From IMG/VR virus record IMGVR_UViG_3300045988_042256: a DNA stretch of 44,178 bases. One strand, 5' to 3'. The stretch comes from a virus. A model generated the notes under the pieces. It saw only the letters and a program-made list of their open reading frames with translations, made no database searches and had not been told where the DNA came from. Below, one piece after another: positions 16,871 through 26,472 of the stretch. Positions within the stretch are counted from its first letter, which is position 1; the number at the start of each line of letters is the position of its first letter. The position numbers and the translations under genes were made by a program.

Positions 16871-17002
16871 CTAAACGTAAATAACAAACGCGCGTTTACC
16901 GTAGTCACGAGCATAACGGCGTTTACCAGTCTTAGGGTCCGTTACATATGCAACAAATTTCTTTGTGCCACGTTTAGACCCGCTTTGAGATGTTTTGGAC
17001 AT
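16871..17002 (-). CDS. 43-aa highly basic small protein (not in the ORF track)
   Basis: ATG (rc of 17000-17002) behind SD AAAGGAAAAG. Sequence MSKTSQSGSKRGTKKFVAYVTDPKTGKRRYARDYGKRAFVIYV, stop at 16871-16873. It is the only minus-strand unit in this region. Confidence 0.55.
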   Translation of the reverse strand: MSKTSQSGSKRGTKKFVAYVTDPKTGKRRYARDYGKRAFVIYV

Positions 17003-17107
17003 ATTAGCTTTTCCTTTCATAAATTTCTCTAAAGAGATTTATGGCGGGCCCGCACTATTTATATTATAACCATTATTTATTGATTAAACCAGTTTTGAGA
17101 TGTAAAT

Positions 17108-17138
17108 GAAAAAGACCCCGGATTCCGGGGTCTTTTTC
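17108..17138. terminator. Bidirectional Rho-independent terminator
   Basis: GACCCCGG (17114-17121) / CCGGGGTC (17125-17132), flanked by an A-run and a T-run. Confidence 0.8.
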
Positions 17139-17323
17139 ATAGACGGAACAAGTAAACTTGTTTTGAAATAAAATGAGTTGTAGCTAATAACTCAAAGCAT
17201 CCTTTATACGTCTAAACATCTCACTAATATAATATCACTAAAATATAAAAAATCAATCATTTGGTTGTAAATAAGTTTATTTTTAATTTATAAATGAAAA
17301 ATAGAACGAATATTCCATACTAG

Positions 17324-17346
17324 ATATTGTTTTTATAAAACAATAT
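17324..17346. promoter_or_regulatory. Perfect inverted repeat ATATTGTTTT-TAT-AAAACAATAT upstream of the late operon
   Basis: 10-bp arms with a 3-nt spacer, in a very AT-rich gap about 80 bp before the first late ORF. Confidence 0.4.
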
Positions 17347-17422
17347 AACAATATATAGTATATTATCGATGATAAAAGCGAATGTAGTTATGCAAAAGAT
17401 GAATGAAACGAGGTGAATACGA

Positions 17423-17611
17423 TTGACTGATGTGTATTGTGAAAAGAGACGGTGTCTTAATAATGTGAAAGGTTGGTGCAAGGCTAATGGGATTCATATT
17501 GATCACATGTGTAAATCGTATGCGCCATCACATTCGTTAGTAAAAACAAAAACCGCAAAGGTTCATAAGGAGTGCGGTAAATATAGACAAAATAAAGGTG
17601 TATTAAGATAG
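17423..17611 (+). CDS. Small Cys-rich protein (DUF1540-like pattern)
   Basis: TTG start behind SD GAGGTGA. VYCEKRRCLNNVKGWCKANGIHIDHMCKSY resembles the C-x-x-x-x-C ... C-x-A-x-x-I spacing of DUF1540. Confidence 0.4.
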   Translation: MTDVYCEKRRCLNNVKGWCKANGIHIDHMCKSYAPSHSLVKTKTAKVHKECGKYRQNKGVLR

Positions 17612-17815
17612 CTTTTGTGGCAGTACCCGCGCTAAATAATAAAAAATAAATTCAAAATATTACACGTTTCGTTGAATTTTTGAGTAATTTTTTTGGTAGG
17701 TTCTTCTGGGGAAAATTGAAAGCGTGCGGTGGCCGAGACCCCAAAAATTGTCTAGATTTTAATTTTTTTATGACCTTGCTAGTGATACAGGTAATGAAAG
17801 GAGGCTGATTGATAA

Positions 17816-18346
17816 GTGAAAATTACAGATGATTTGAAAACGGCAACGGCCTCGCAGTCAAACCTGGCAAAAGCACTTGGACTCTCGCGTCAACGTGTTT
17901 CGCAACTGCTCCAAGAAGGGGTTTTAGCTACCGATGAAAAGAATAATATCCTGGTTATCAAATCCGTTATCAATTATGTCAAATATAAGGGTCAATCTTC
18001 TATTGAAGAGGTAAGTAGTTCCGATGATGCGGTATTCGAAGTTGAAAAGGCCAAGAATGAACGTGCAAAACGCAAGATTGCTGAGTTGAAACTAGCCAAA
18101 ATGAACGGCGAGGTGTACTCAGCAGATACTGTAGAACAGGTTATGACTGAAATGCTTGTGAATTTACGTACACAATTGTTAGGATTGCCAACTAAATTGG
18201 CTCCGCAGTTACAAAATATAACAAAAGAGGAAGCCTATAATCTATTAACTCAAGAGATTGAGGACAAATTGTCCGAATTAAGTGAATATACGCCGTCATT
18301 ATTCATGGATAGTGATGAATTAGACGATGATAAAGCGCCAAATTAG
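17816..18346 (+). CDS. terS: Terminase small subunit
   Basis: N-terminal HTH SQSNLAKALGLSRQRVSQLLQEG. Lies directly upstream of the large terminase. GTG start. Confidence 0.7.
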   Translation: MKITDDLKTATASQSNLAKALGLSRQRVSQLLQEGVLATDEKNNILVIKSVINYVKYKGQSSIEEVSSSDDAVFEVEKAKNERAKRKIAELKLAKMNGEVYSADTVEQVMTEMLVNLRTQLLGLPTKLAPQLQNITKEEAYNLLTQEIEDKLSELSEYTPSLFMDSDELDDDKAPN

Positions 18347-18379
18347 GCGCTTTTTTAATGCAAAAAAGGAGGTGATAGC

Positions 18380-20284
18380 ATGAAAACGGCAAAAGAATTG
18401 TGGCAATATGTTTCTAAAACTGGCCTGAAACCACTACCAAAAACCAGTGTTAGTCAATGGGCTGACGACTATCGCATGCTATCACAAGGCCTTTCTGCTG
18501 AACCAGGGCGGTGGAAAACGAGTAGAGCCCCATACCAAAAAGAGATAATGGATGCTTTCACGCAACCTGGTATCAATCGAGTAGTGGTTAAGTCAGCGTC
18601 ACAGGTCGGGAAGTCGGACATAATGAATAATGTCCTAGGGCGATACGCTCACCTTGACCCATGTGCGGTCATGATGATTCAACCGACTATTGAATTGGCT
18701 CAAGATTATTCAAAGTCTCGTATCTCTCCGATGATCCGTGATACGAAAGTACTATCACAAGTATTCTACGAAACGAAATCAGAGGACGGCTCTAAGACAC
18801 GAGATGGTAAGAACACAATCTTATCTAAACTCTTCCCTGGTGGACGTCTTATCATGTGTGGGGCGAACAGTCCCGCGGGTTTGGCATCACGTCCTGTGCG
18901 TGTGTTACTTGCGGACGAAGTTGACCGCTTCCCTGATAGCGCTGGCACAGAAGGTGATCCAGTAGACCTTGCTGCCAAACGTATGACAACGTTCTGGAAT
19001 AGGGTAATGGGATTATTCTCTACGCCAACGAATGAAGGTAGCTCACGAATCGATGTAGAGTATCAAACAGGTACGCAAGAAGAGTGGCAACATGAGTGTC
19101 CTAATTGTGGTGAGTATCATTTGATACGACATACTGAAATGGAATGTGAAACTGAGGAACACAAGGATGCCAAAGGTCGGAAAATTGTTATAGTTAGCGA
19201 TGTGAAATGGCGGTGCCCTGATTGCGGATCTACATTCTCTGAAGACGAAATGCGGAAAGTTCCTCAGAAGTACATATCGAAAAACCCTGCTGCGTTGCAT
19301 AATGGCATACGCAGTTTTTTTGTAAATGGATTCACGTCTCCTTGGTTAACCTGGAATGACATCATGAGGGAATGGCTAGAGGCTAAAGGAGACCCTACTC
19401 GTGAAAAGGTAGTTATGAATACACGTTTCGGTGAGTCATACGCACAGCAAGGTGCCTTTGAAGACTATCAACAATTCATTAGGCGCCGTGAAAAGTACGG
19501 CGCAGACCTTCCTGATGGTGTATTACTGCTAACCGGTGCCGTCGATACACAAGACAATCGGTTAGAGTATGAAATCACTGGTTGGGGATATGGTGAAGAA
19601 TGTTGGGGCATCTGTAAGGGCGTTATCTTAGGTCAGCCTGATAATAAAGCAACATGGGATGCACTTGATGCGGTGCTTGATAAGGTATACCGATTTAAGA
19701 ACGGCACAGGCCTTAAAGTAGCGCGTGCTTTCATTGACTCAGGCGGTCACTACACCTCCAAAGTATATGAATATTGCGAAAAGAACTTCAGTAAGCAACG
19801 ATTTGCCATCAAAGGTACGGCCGGAACACCTGGTATACCGTTAAATTATAAGATTGGTAAAGCTTCAGGAAGTAAGATTCCGCTTGTAATGCTAGGCGTT
19901 GACGATGGGAAACAACAGGTAATGAACCGGTTAGCCATCGATGAACCTGGTGCTAAGTACTTTCATTTTCCATTGGATGAAGAATTCTTAGGAACAAGAG
20001 GGTACGACGAACTGTACTTCAAGGGGATTATTTCAGAACACAAAAAGAAAGTAAAACGTAAGGGCGTTATTCATGAGATATGGGAGCCTACTGCAGGAGT
20101 TCGTAATGAACCATTGGATTTACGTGTATATAACCTAGCCTGTATGAACTCAATCCATCCTGATTGGGATAGATTGGCGGAAGTAGTCAAAGGCGGAGGC
20201 CATTCTACTACAACAGTGACTAATCCGCGGAAGAAACCAATGAGGAAACGCGTTCGTAGAGCTAGTAAGGTAGCAGATATTTAG
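18380..20284 (+). CDS. terL: Terminase large subunit, lambda GpA family
   Basis: 634 aa. TSRAPYQKEIMDA and VVVKSASQVGKS (Walker A-like), with a CxxC...CxxC zinc element. Followed by gpW-like and lambda-type portal genes. Confidence 0.85.
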   Translation: MKTAKELWQYVSKTGLKPLPKTSVSQWADDYRMLSQGLSAEPGRWKTSRAPYQKEIMDAFTQPGINRVVVKSASQVGKSDIMNNVLGRYAHLDPCAVMMIQPTIELAQDYSKSRISPMIRDTKVLSQVFYETKSEDGSKTRDGKNTILSKLFPGGRLIMCGANSPAGLASRPVRVLLADEVDRFPDSAGTEGDPVDLAAKRMTTFWNRVMGLFSTPTNEGSSRIDVEYQTGTQEEWQHECPNCGEYHLIRHTEMECETEEHKDAKGRKIVIVSDVKWRCPDCGSTFSEDEMRKVPQKYISKNPAALHNGIRSFFVNGFTSPWLTWNDIMREWLEAKGDPTREKVVMNTRFGESYAQQGAFEDYQQFIRRREKYGADLPDGVLLLTGAVDTQDNRLEYEITGWGYGEECWGICKGVILGQPDNKATWDALDAVLDKVYRFKNGTGLKVARAFIDSGGHYTSKVYEYCEKNFSKQRFAIKGTAGTPGIPLNYKIGKASGSKIPLVMLGVDDGKQQVMNRLAIDEPGAKYFHFPLDEEFLGTRGYDELYFKGIISEHKKKVKRKGVIHEIWEPTAGVRNEPLDLRVYNLACMNSIHPDWDRLAEVVKGGGHSTTTVTNPRKKPMRKRVRRASKVADI

Positions 20285-20292
20285 GAGGATGT

Positions 20293-20538
20293 ATGGCAAC
20301 TAGTTATTCAAGAAAGCCAAGACTAATTGACGTGCGATTAGAATGGTACGTCAAAGCTGAGGAAGCGATATTGACTGGCCAAAGCTATACCATAGGAAAT
20401 CGGACTCTTACAAGAGCAAATTTAGCAGAAGTAAGAAAAATGATTGATGATTTAGTGGCAAGAGGCGCTAAATTACCGGGTATGGATACAGATAATGGAC
20501 GAGGAAACCGGTCAAAACGTGTTGTTTTTAGAGATTAG
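20293..20538 (+). CDS. gpW-like head-tail joining protein
   Basis: 81 aa, located between TerL and the portal as in lambda. Pattern AEEAILTGQSYTIGNRTLTRANLAEVRKMI. Confidence 0.65.
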   Translation: MATSYSRKPRLIDVRLEWYVKAEEAILTGQSYTIGNRTLTRANLAEVRKMIDDLVARGAKLPGMDTDNGRGNRSKRVVFRD

Positions 20539-20547
20539 GAGGGCAAA

Positions 20548-22155
20548 ATGGCAAGAAAAAATAAGAAATTTAGCGCTAAAACAGGCACTCCGAGGGCTAA
20601 AAATAGCGGATATAGTGATGGCGGAGCCTCTCATAATAATAAATCTTTAAAGGGATATAACCCTAAAAAACTAGGTTATAAGGCCGATATCGGTGCGAAT
20701 TTATCAACTTTACGTGATAGATCCGCAGATTTAGCTATTAATACGCCAGTCGGCACAGCTGCAGTCAATACAAGCACCACTCATACAGTTGGTGCAGGCC
20801 TTAATGTATTCCCTAGACCTAAATTTCAAATCTTGGGGGTATCTGCAGAGGACGCCAGAGTGTGGGCACGTAAGGTTCGAGCTGAGTTCGACTTATGGGC
20901 AGACTCAAAAGACTGTGATATTTATCGCAAAAATAATTTGTACGATATGCAAAGTATCGCATATCAAGGGTATCTTACTGATGGTGATAGTTTTGCGGTA
21001 TTTAGACGTAAACCAAGTACACCAGATATGCCATATACATTACGGCTTCAATTAATTGAAGGGAATCGAGTAAGTAATCCACTTACGAGCTCCACATATG
21101 TTACAGGAGACCCAACTGGCGTTGAAGTGCTTAATCCGGATAACGGAAATCGTATATTGAATGGTGTGGAAATTGATACTGACGGCGCAATTGTAGCCTA
21201 CTGGGTATCCAATCAAGTCCCTGGTGAGCCAATTACAAGCCTGTTGACTGCATGGGCAAGAGTCGAAGCATATGGAAAGCGTACTAGCATTCCGAATGTA
21301 CTACAAATTAGTAATGATACTAGACCTGAGCAATATAGAGGGGTACCTTATTTAGCGCCAGTTATTGAAACGCTAAAGCAAGTGTATCGATACACAAATG
21401 CAGAACTTACATCTGCCATTATTAAATCGTACTTTGCATTATTCTTTACTGAAGCTGTTACTAACTCAGGATCGTTAAATGATATGTTGGCCGATAATGG
21501 CGTTGAGGATCCAACAGAACCAGTTGTTGATGTATCAGAATACAATTTAGGACCTGGTACATTAAACGCCTTACCGAAAGGTGTGGATGTAAAGAGTGTG
21601 GATGCCTCCAACGCTCAATCTACTTTTGAAGTATTTAGTACTCAACTTATCAAACAAGTAGGTGCTGCACTTAACCAGCCCTACGAAGTATTGATGAAGA
21701 ACTTCAACTCCTCGTATTCTGCAAGCCGTGCAGCAATGTTACAGGCTTGGGAAGAATATAAACTACGTCGCAAGTGGTTCGCTCGTGATTTCTGTCAGCC
21801 TATCTATGAGGTTTGGCTAATGGAAGCTGTAGCGAATGGCCGAATAGAGGCACCTGGTTTCTTTGATGATCCATTAATCCGAAAAGCATGGTGCAATGCT
21901 GATTGGTTTGGGCCGACTATGTCCATCCTTGACCCAGTTAAGGATATGAATGGTAGTACACTTCGCGTTGAAAATGGAGTTTCCACTCGCGAACGTGAAG
22001 CGGCAGAAATGACAGGGACAGACCTTGAAGAAAACATTGCACAACTTGCATTTGAAAAGCAACTCATGGAGAAATACGGCATGGGGCTAGCTGATGCGGT
22101 AAATCCTTCCGTTGGCTCTAAATCTACAACGAAAGGAGGTGAAGAGGATGAATAA
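20548..22155 (+). CDS. Portal protein (lambda gpB family)
   Basis: 535 aa. Located between gpW-like and the ClpP-like head protease. Confidence 0.8.
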   Translation: MARKNKKFSAKTGTPRAKNSGYSDGGASHNNKSLKGYNPKKLGYKADIGANLSTLRDRSADLAINTPVGTAAVNTSTTHTVGAGLNVFPRPKFQILGVSAEDARVWARKVRAEFDLWADSKDCDIYRKNNLYDMQSIAYQGYLTDGDSFAVFRRKPSTPDMPYTLRLQLIEGNRVSNPLTSSTYVTGDPTGVEVLNPDNGNRILNGVEIDTDGAIVAYWVSNQVPGEPITSLLTAWARVEAYGKRTSIPNVLQISNDTRPEQYRGVPYLAPVIETLKQVYRYTNAELTSAIIKSYFALFFTEAVTNSGSLNDMLADNGVEDPTEPVVDVSEYNLGPGTLNALPKGVDVKSVDASNAQSTFEVFSTQLIKQVGAALNQPYEVLMKNFNSSYSASRAAMLQAWEEYKLRRKWFARDFCQPIYEVWLMEAVANGRIEAPGFFDDPLIRKAWCNADWFGPTMSILDPVKDMNGSTLRVENGVSTREREAAEMTGTDLEENIAQLAFEKQLMEKYGMGLADAVNPSVGSKSTTKGGEEDE

Positions 22156-23230
22156 ATTTTGGTCTGTTAAGAATTTTGTAAATCAAGATGGTACCGGTCA
22201 ATCTGAATTGATTTTGTATGGTGATATTTCTGATACCTCTTGGTGGGGTGATGAAATTACACCTCGTGAATTTGCAAGTGATTTGGCTAGTTGTAATGGC
22301 AATGCCTTAACAATGCGTATCAACTCTGGGGGTGGTGACGTATTCGCGGCACAAGCTATCCACAATATGATCAAAGCCTATGCTGGAAAAGTAACAGCAC
22401 ACATTGATGGCTTATGCGCGAGTGCAGCTACAATTATTGCATGTGCGGCTGATAAGGTAATCATGCCAAGCAATGCTCTGTACATGATTCACAATCCATC
22501 TGTATTTTTAGGCGACAGCTTTGACGCGGACGGACTAACTAAAATGGCGAATTATTTGGAAAGCGTTAAACAAACCATTGCAAATGTTTATCTAAGTCGT
22601 AGCGATGTTTTGACGCCTGAGCAGATAAATACACTTATGGATGACGAAACGTGGCTTACAGCGGACGAGGCGAAGTCCTACGGCCTAATTGATGAAGTAG
22701 ACACGGCGATTACTGATAAGGCTGTTATGAATGACGGGATGGTTATCGTTAACAAAGTATCTTGCAAATATTCGGCCAAAAATGAAGCCAAAATCAAACA
22801 ATTTTTAAAACATAAGGAGAACCCTATGACTGAAAACCAATTCATGGCAAGCTTAAAAGGTTTGCTCGGTATTTCTACAAACGAACCTGCGGAAAATGCA
22901 GCAGTAACAGCAGAACGTGAACGCGTTGAAACCTTAAATGCACTAAAAGGGAACAATGAAGTTATCAATCGTTTAGTAGATGTGGCTGTTAAAGAAGGTA
23001 AAACTGTAGATGAAGTAACACCTTTCATCTCCGCCGTATCCGATATTCCTGTAACTGATAACAAAGTAGTCGACCAAATTCGACAATTGGTTATCGATCA
23101 AATGGAATCCGGTGCGGATGAAGTGGTACCTCAAGGTGCATCTACACCAGAAACCAATGATGCAGTAGCTAAAGCTAGTGCAATTGATGAAGTTGTAGCA
23201 TTTGCAAATGCTAAGAAAGGCGGTAAATAA
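22148..23230 (+). CDS. Head maturation protease (ClpP/S49-like) fused to a scaffold-like C-terminal region
   Basis: ATG 22148 behind SD AAAGGAGGTGA. INSGGGDVFAAQAIHNMI...CASAATIIACAADKVIMPSNALYMIHNP. The C-terminal half is helical and acidic. Confidence 0.8.
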   Translation: MNKFWSVKNFVNQDGTGQSELILYGDISDTSWWGDEITPREFASDLASCNGNALTMRINSGGGDVFAAQAIHNMIKAYAGKVTAHIDGLCASAATIIACAADKVIMPSNALYMIHNPSVFLGDSFDADGLTKMANYLESVKQTIANVYLSRSDVLTPEQINTLMDDETWLTADEAKSYGLIDEVDTAITDKAVMNDGMVIVNKVSCKYSAKNEAKIKQFLKHKENPMTENQFMASLKGLLGISTNEPAENAAVTAERERVETLNALKGNNEVINRLVDVAVKEGKTVDEVTPFISAVSDIPVTDNKVVDQIRQLVIDQMESGADEVVPQGASTPETNDAVAKASAIDEVVAFANAKKGGK

Positions 23231-23568
23231 TGGCGTATTTCGAACAAGTAAATGGCGTCGCAGTTGACTACCTATTAGGTGGTGGCGGTGTGCCTGTATT
23301 AACTCAAAATGTAAAAGCAGCAGTTGGTGATTACAAACGTGGCCAAGTTCTTGAAAATAATGCTGGCACATTCCAAAAAATTGCAAGCGGTAAACCTGCG
23401 GGCATCGTGGTATCCGACACTACTACAACTACTGATCACAATGTAGTGACTGTATATGTCTCCGGTCGCTTTAATCGTGAAGTATTGGTAGTTGACAAAG
23501 CTTACAAAATTAATGAACATGAAGCGGATTTTAAAGACGCTCACTTATTCTTAACTAGCATTAAATAG
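23230..23568 (+). CDS. Head decoration protein (gpD-like)
   Basis: 112 aa, located between the protease and the major capsid protein. Gly-rich N-terminus. Confidence 0.55.
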   Translation: MAYFEQVNGVAVDYLLGGGGVPVLTQNVKAAVGDYKRGQVLENNAGTFQKIASGKPAGIVVSDTTTTTDHNVVTVYVSGRFNREVLVVDKAYKINEHEADFKDAHLFLTSIK

Positions 23569-23581
23569 GGGGAACTATATA

Positions 23582-24631
23582 ATGGCAATTGATTTCAAAG
23601 ATACGTTATCTTTAATGCAAGCTGTAGAACGAATGAAAACTCCGGCAAGTTTCTTGCTTGATACTTTCTTCCCACAAGTTCCGGCAGTTGCAACTTCTAA
23701 AAAAATCGCAGTAGAAACTCGTAAACGTGGTCGCACTCTAGCACCTTTTGTATCTCGTGGCGCATCTGGTGTAAATGTTAAACGTGCCGGCTCTAAAATT
23801 GCTTTATATGAAGCGCCTATGATGGGTCCTCGTACAGTAATTGATCCTGAGCAACTCGACCAACGTGCATTTGCGGAAAATATTGTATCTACAATGACAC
23901 CTGCGCAACGTGCGGCACAAATGCAAGCTGAAGATTTGTCTTATTTGCAAGGCACAATCATCAATCGTAAAAACAAAATGGCGGCCGATTTGCTTACCAC
24001 TGGTAAATGCAAAATCGAAGGTTATGCTGATGACGGCGCGACTGTTCTAACTGATGAAATTGATTTTGAATTTGAACAAGACATCACACCTACTACTGCA
24101 TGGGACCAAGCTGGTGCCGATATTTATGGCGACTTGAAAATGGCGTCCGAAAAAATTCAGGAAAACGCAGGAATCGTACCAACTGTATTAGTTGTCGGTA
24201 AGAATGTTGAAAAATATATTCTTGATAATGCATCTATCAACAAGATGTTGGCTATTCCTAATCGTGAAAACATGACAATGTTTAACTTTGCGCCTGAATA
24301 CTTATCTCCACAAGTTCGATATGTTGGTCGTATTATGTCCTTGAACATTGATGTGTATGCATATCTTGAAACATATCAAGATGATGAAGGCAAGGTAAAA
24401 TCCTTTATCGGTGATGATGCTGCAGTATTAGGTGTACCTGGTCGTGGCCGTCAACAACATGCAGCAGTAACATTGCTTAACGATGACAACCAATTCACAA
24501 CATATGCAGGTATTTATGTACCTTATTACTATGCTAATAAAGCTACACAAGAATTAACATTGTCTGTATATTCCCGTTGCGTATTGATTCCTGAAACTAT
24601 CGACGATTGGGCTACTATTAAGACTAAATAG
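23582..24631 (+). CDS. Major capsid protein (lambda gpE family)
   Basis: 349 aa. The N-terminus LSLMQAVERMKTPASFLLDTFFPQ fits the capsid E family. Position is consistent. Confidence 0.75.
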   Translation: MAIDFKDTLSLMQAVERMKTPASFLLDTFFPQVPAVATSKKIAVETRKRGRTLAPFVSRGASGVNVKRAGSKIALYEAPMMGPRTVIDPEQLDQRAFAENIVSTMTPAQRAAQMQAEDLSYLQGTIINRKNKMAADLLTTGKCKIEGYADDGATVLTDEIDFEFEQDITPTTAWDQAGADIYGDLKMASEKIQENAGIVPTVLVVGKNVEKYILDNASINKMLAIPNRENMTMFNFAPEYLSPQVRYVGRIMSLNIDVYAYLETYQDDEGKVKSFIGDDAAVLGVPGRGRQQHAAVTLLNDDNQFTTYAGIYVPYYYANKATQELTLSVYSRCVLIPETIDDWATIKTK

Positions 24632-24645
24632 GGGGTAACCTACTT

Positions 24646-24882
24646 ATGAAAATTAGAGTATTAAAGGGTTATTTAGCACATGAAGGCGAGATGTATGGCA
24701 AAGGTGAAGTAGTCGACATCAAAAAGAAAGCGATTGCGTTATCTTTGCTTGAATCTGAAAAGTTTGAATCTGCTGAAGATGATCCTGTTGAAGTACCGGA
24801 ACCATTGGAAGTCGTTCCAGATGAACCGGAAGAAGAAATGGAATTACCTGAAGTTGATGCGGAAGTTACGGTGAAAAAATAA
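24646..24882 (+). CDS. Hypothetical protein with an acidic C-terminus
   Basis: SD GGGGG. Lies in the head-tail connector region. Confidence 0.5.
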   Translation: MKIRVLKGYLAHEGEMYGKGEVVDIKKKAIALSLLESEKFESAEDDPVEVPEPLEVVPDEPEEEMELPEVDAEVTVKK

Positions 24883-25235
24883 TGCGATTTAGAGATTACC
24901 TAGAAAGCGATATTGACGATGTATTCCTCAATGAAGATGAATTCGCCGAAGGGCATAATCTAAATGGCACAGTAGCTAAAGCGGTTATTCAATCGCCAAC
25001 GGCGAGGGAGTCATTCCTATCGAATGGCTCTCACGTATCAAATGACGGATTGCACGGGGTGTCTGTATTTGTGCATTGCAAACTAACGGACATCCCTGAA
25101 ATTCCATCGCAGGGGAACGTATTCCGATTAGACGAGGACGTTTACGTCGTTCAAAGTGCAACGGAAGAAGATGGGTTAGTATCCATTGAATTAAGAGCAG
25201 AAGCTAGAGGCGGTGTTGACGGATGGTTGAGCTAG
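24882..25235 (+). CDS. Putative head-tail connector protein
   Basis: Called from position only. Confidence 0.4.
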   Translation: MRFRDYLESDIDDVFLNEDEFAEGHNLNGTVAKAVIQSPTARESFLSNGSHVSNDGLHGVSVFVHCKLTDIPEIPSQGNVFRLDEDVYVVQSATEEDGLVSIELRAEARGGVDGWLS

Positions 25236-25756
25236 AACTTGATAAAAGTGCAGTGGCAACAATTGAAAAAGCACTGGAAACGTTAAAAGAAGATAGAGTT
25301 CGACGTGTCTGCCAAGCCGCTTCAAAGCGCGCTGCAACGACTGCAAGAAAAGCAGGTACGCAAGCCCTACGTAATATCTATGCCATTAAAGGTGTATCGG
25401 TTGTAAAGTCCGGTGTATCTATCAATAAATTGAATGATGGCACAGAAATGCGTATCAAAGGTGGCTATACTAGCGCTCAAAAGTACTTCAAAATTAAATC
25501 ACTTAAGCGAAAAGGTGTGTTTGTATCGATTAAAAAAGGTACAGAAACAAAGGTACCAAACGGCTTTGTTAGCGCATCCGGTATCTTTATGAAACGCCAA
25601 GGCAAGGACAGATATCCACTAAAGGGGATATATGGGCCGGCTTTACCGCAAATGTTTGGTAATGAAACTGTTATGAATGCCATGCAAAAAGAAGGCATGG
25701 AAATGTATGAAAAGCGCTTATATCACGAATTAGAGCGCGCGTTAGGAGGTAACTAA
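25223..25756 (+). CDS. Putative virion morphogenesis / head-tail joining protein
   Basis: Called from position only. Confidence 0.4.
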   Translation: MVELELDKSAVATIEKALETLKEDRVRRVCQAASKRAATTARKAGTQALRNIYAIKGVSVVKSGVSINKLNDGTEMRIKGGYTSAQKYFKIKSLKRKGVFVSIKKGTETKVPNGFVSASGIFMKRQGKDRYPLKGIYGPALPQMFGNETVMNAMQKEGMEMYEKRLYHELERALGGN

Positions 25757-26235
25757 TGACGCCATTAGATGTATCAGATGGTATTGCTAAATATCTCATG
25801 AATGAGTTACGAAAGCTGAATGAAAACAGTGATGTTACCGAAAGACCTATTCGAGTATGGAGCGGTTTCTTACCAAGAGTGGATAAGAATGAAGACAAGC
25901 GCAAATTATGCCCAGCCGTAGTAGTGCATCCGTACTCTGTTAGTGATGCAGATATTTCGACGGTAGGTATTACTGTATTGGTAACTACTTATGATGAAGC
26001 CTTAACTGAAGGCCATGTCGGACTATATCACCTATTAGAGGTAGTGCGTGAGCGGTTGTTATCTGATAATCCGGTAGCACTTAAATATGAAATTAAGGAG
26101 AATACCATTAATACAACGATTCCTGATGATCAACCATACCCTCAATGGGTTGGGTATCTTGAATTTGAAGTGTATATTCCTGTTATTCGTAGGAATCTAA
26201 ATAAGATATTCACGGATGATAAATTAATTGAATAG
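25756..26235 (+). CDS. Putative tail completion protein
   Basis: Called from position upstream of the sheath gene. Confidence 0.35.
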   Translation: MTPLDVSDGIAKYLMNELRKLNENSDVTERPIRVWSGFLPRVDKNEDKRKLCPAVVVHPYSVSDADISTVGITVLVTTYDEALTEGHVGLYHLLEVVRERLLSDNPVALKYEIKENTINTTIPDDQPYPQWVGYLEFEVYIPVIRRNLNKIFTDDKLIE

Positions 26236-26244
26236 GAGACAACG

Positions 26245-26472
26245 ATGAACCCTGTTGTATATGTTGGGCCTTCGTTCCGCAGTAGCCGACTAAACCAATT
26301 CATGGTATTTAGCGACGGTGCACCACTGCCGGAAGCAGAAGACCCTATTTTTATGCATTTATTTGTGCCTTTAGATGAGCTTAATCAGGCAATGATTGAT
26401 GTTAAAACACAAGGTACGCAATTAAATGTATTCTATGTAAACGCATTGAAGAATTATAAAGGAGTGAAGTAA
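26245..26472 (+). CDS. Hypothetical small structural-region protein
   Basis: SD AGGAGA. Abuts the sheath gene. Confidence 0.45.
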   Translation: MNPVVYVGPSFRSSRLNQFMVFSDGAPLPEAEDPIFMHLFVPLDELNQAMIDVKTQGTQLNVFYVNALKNYKGVK

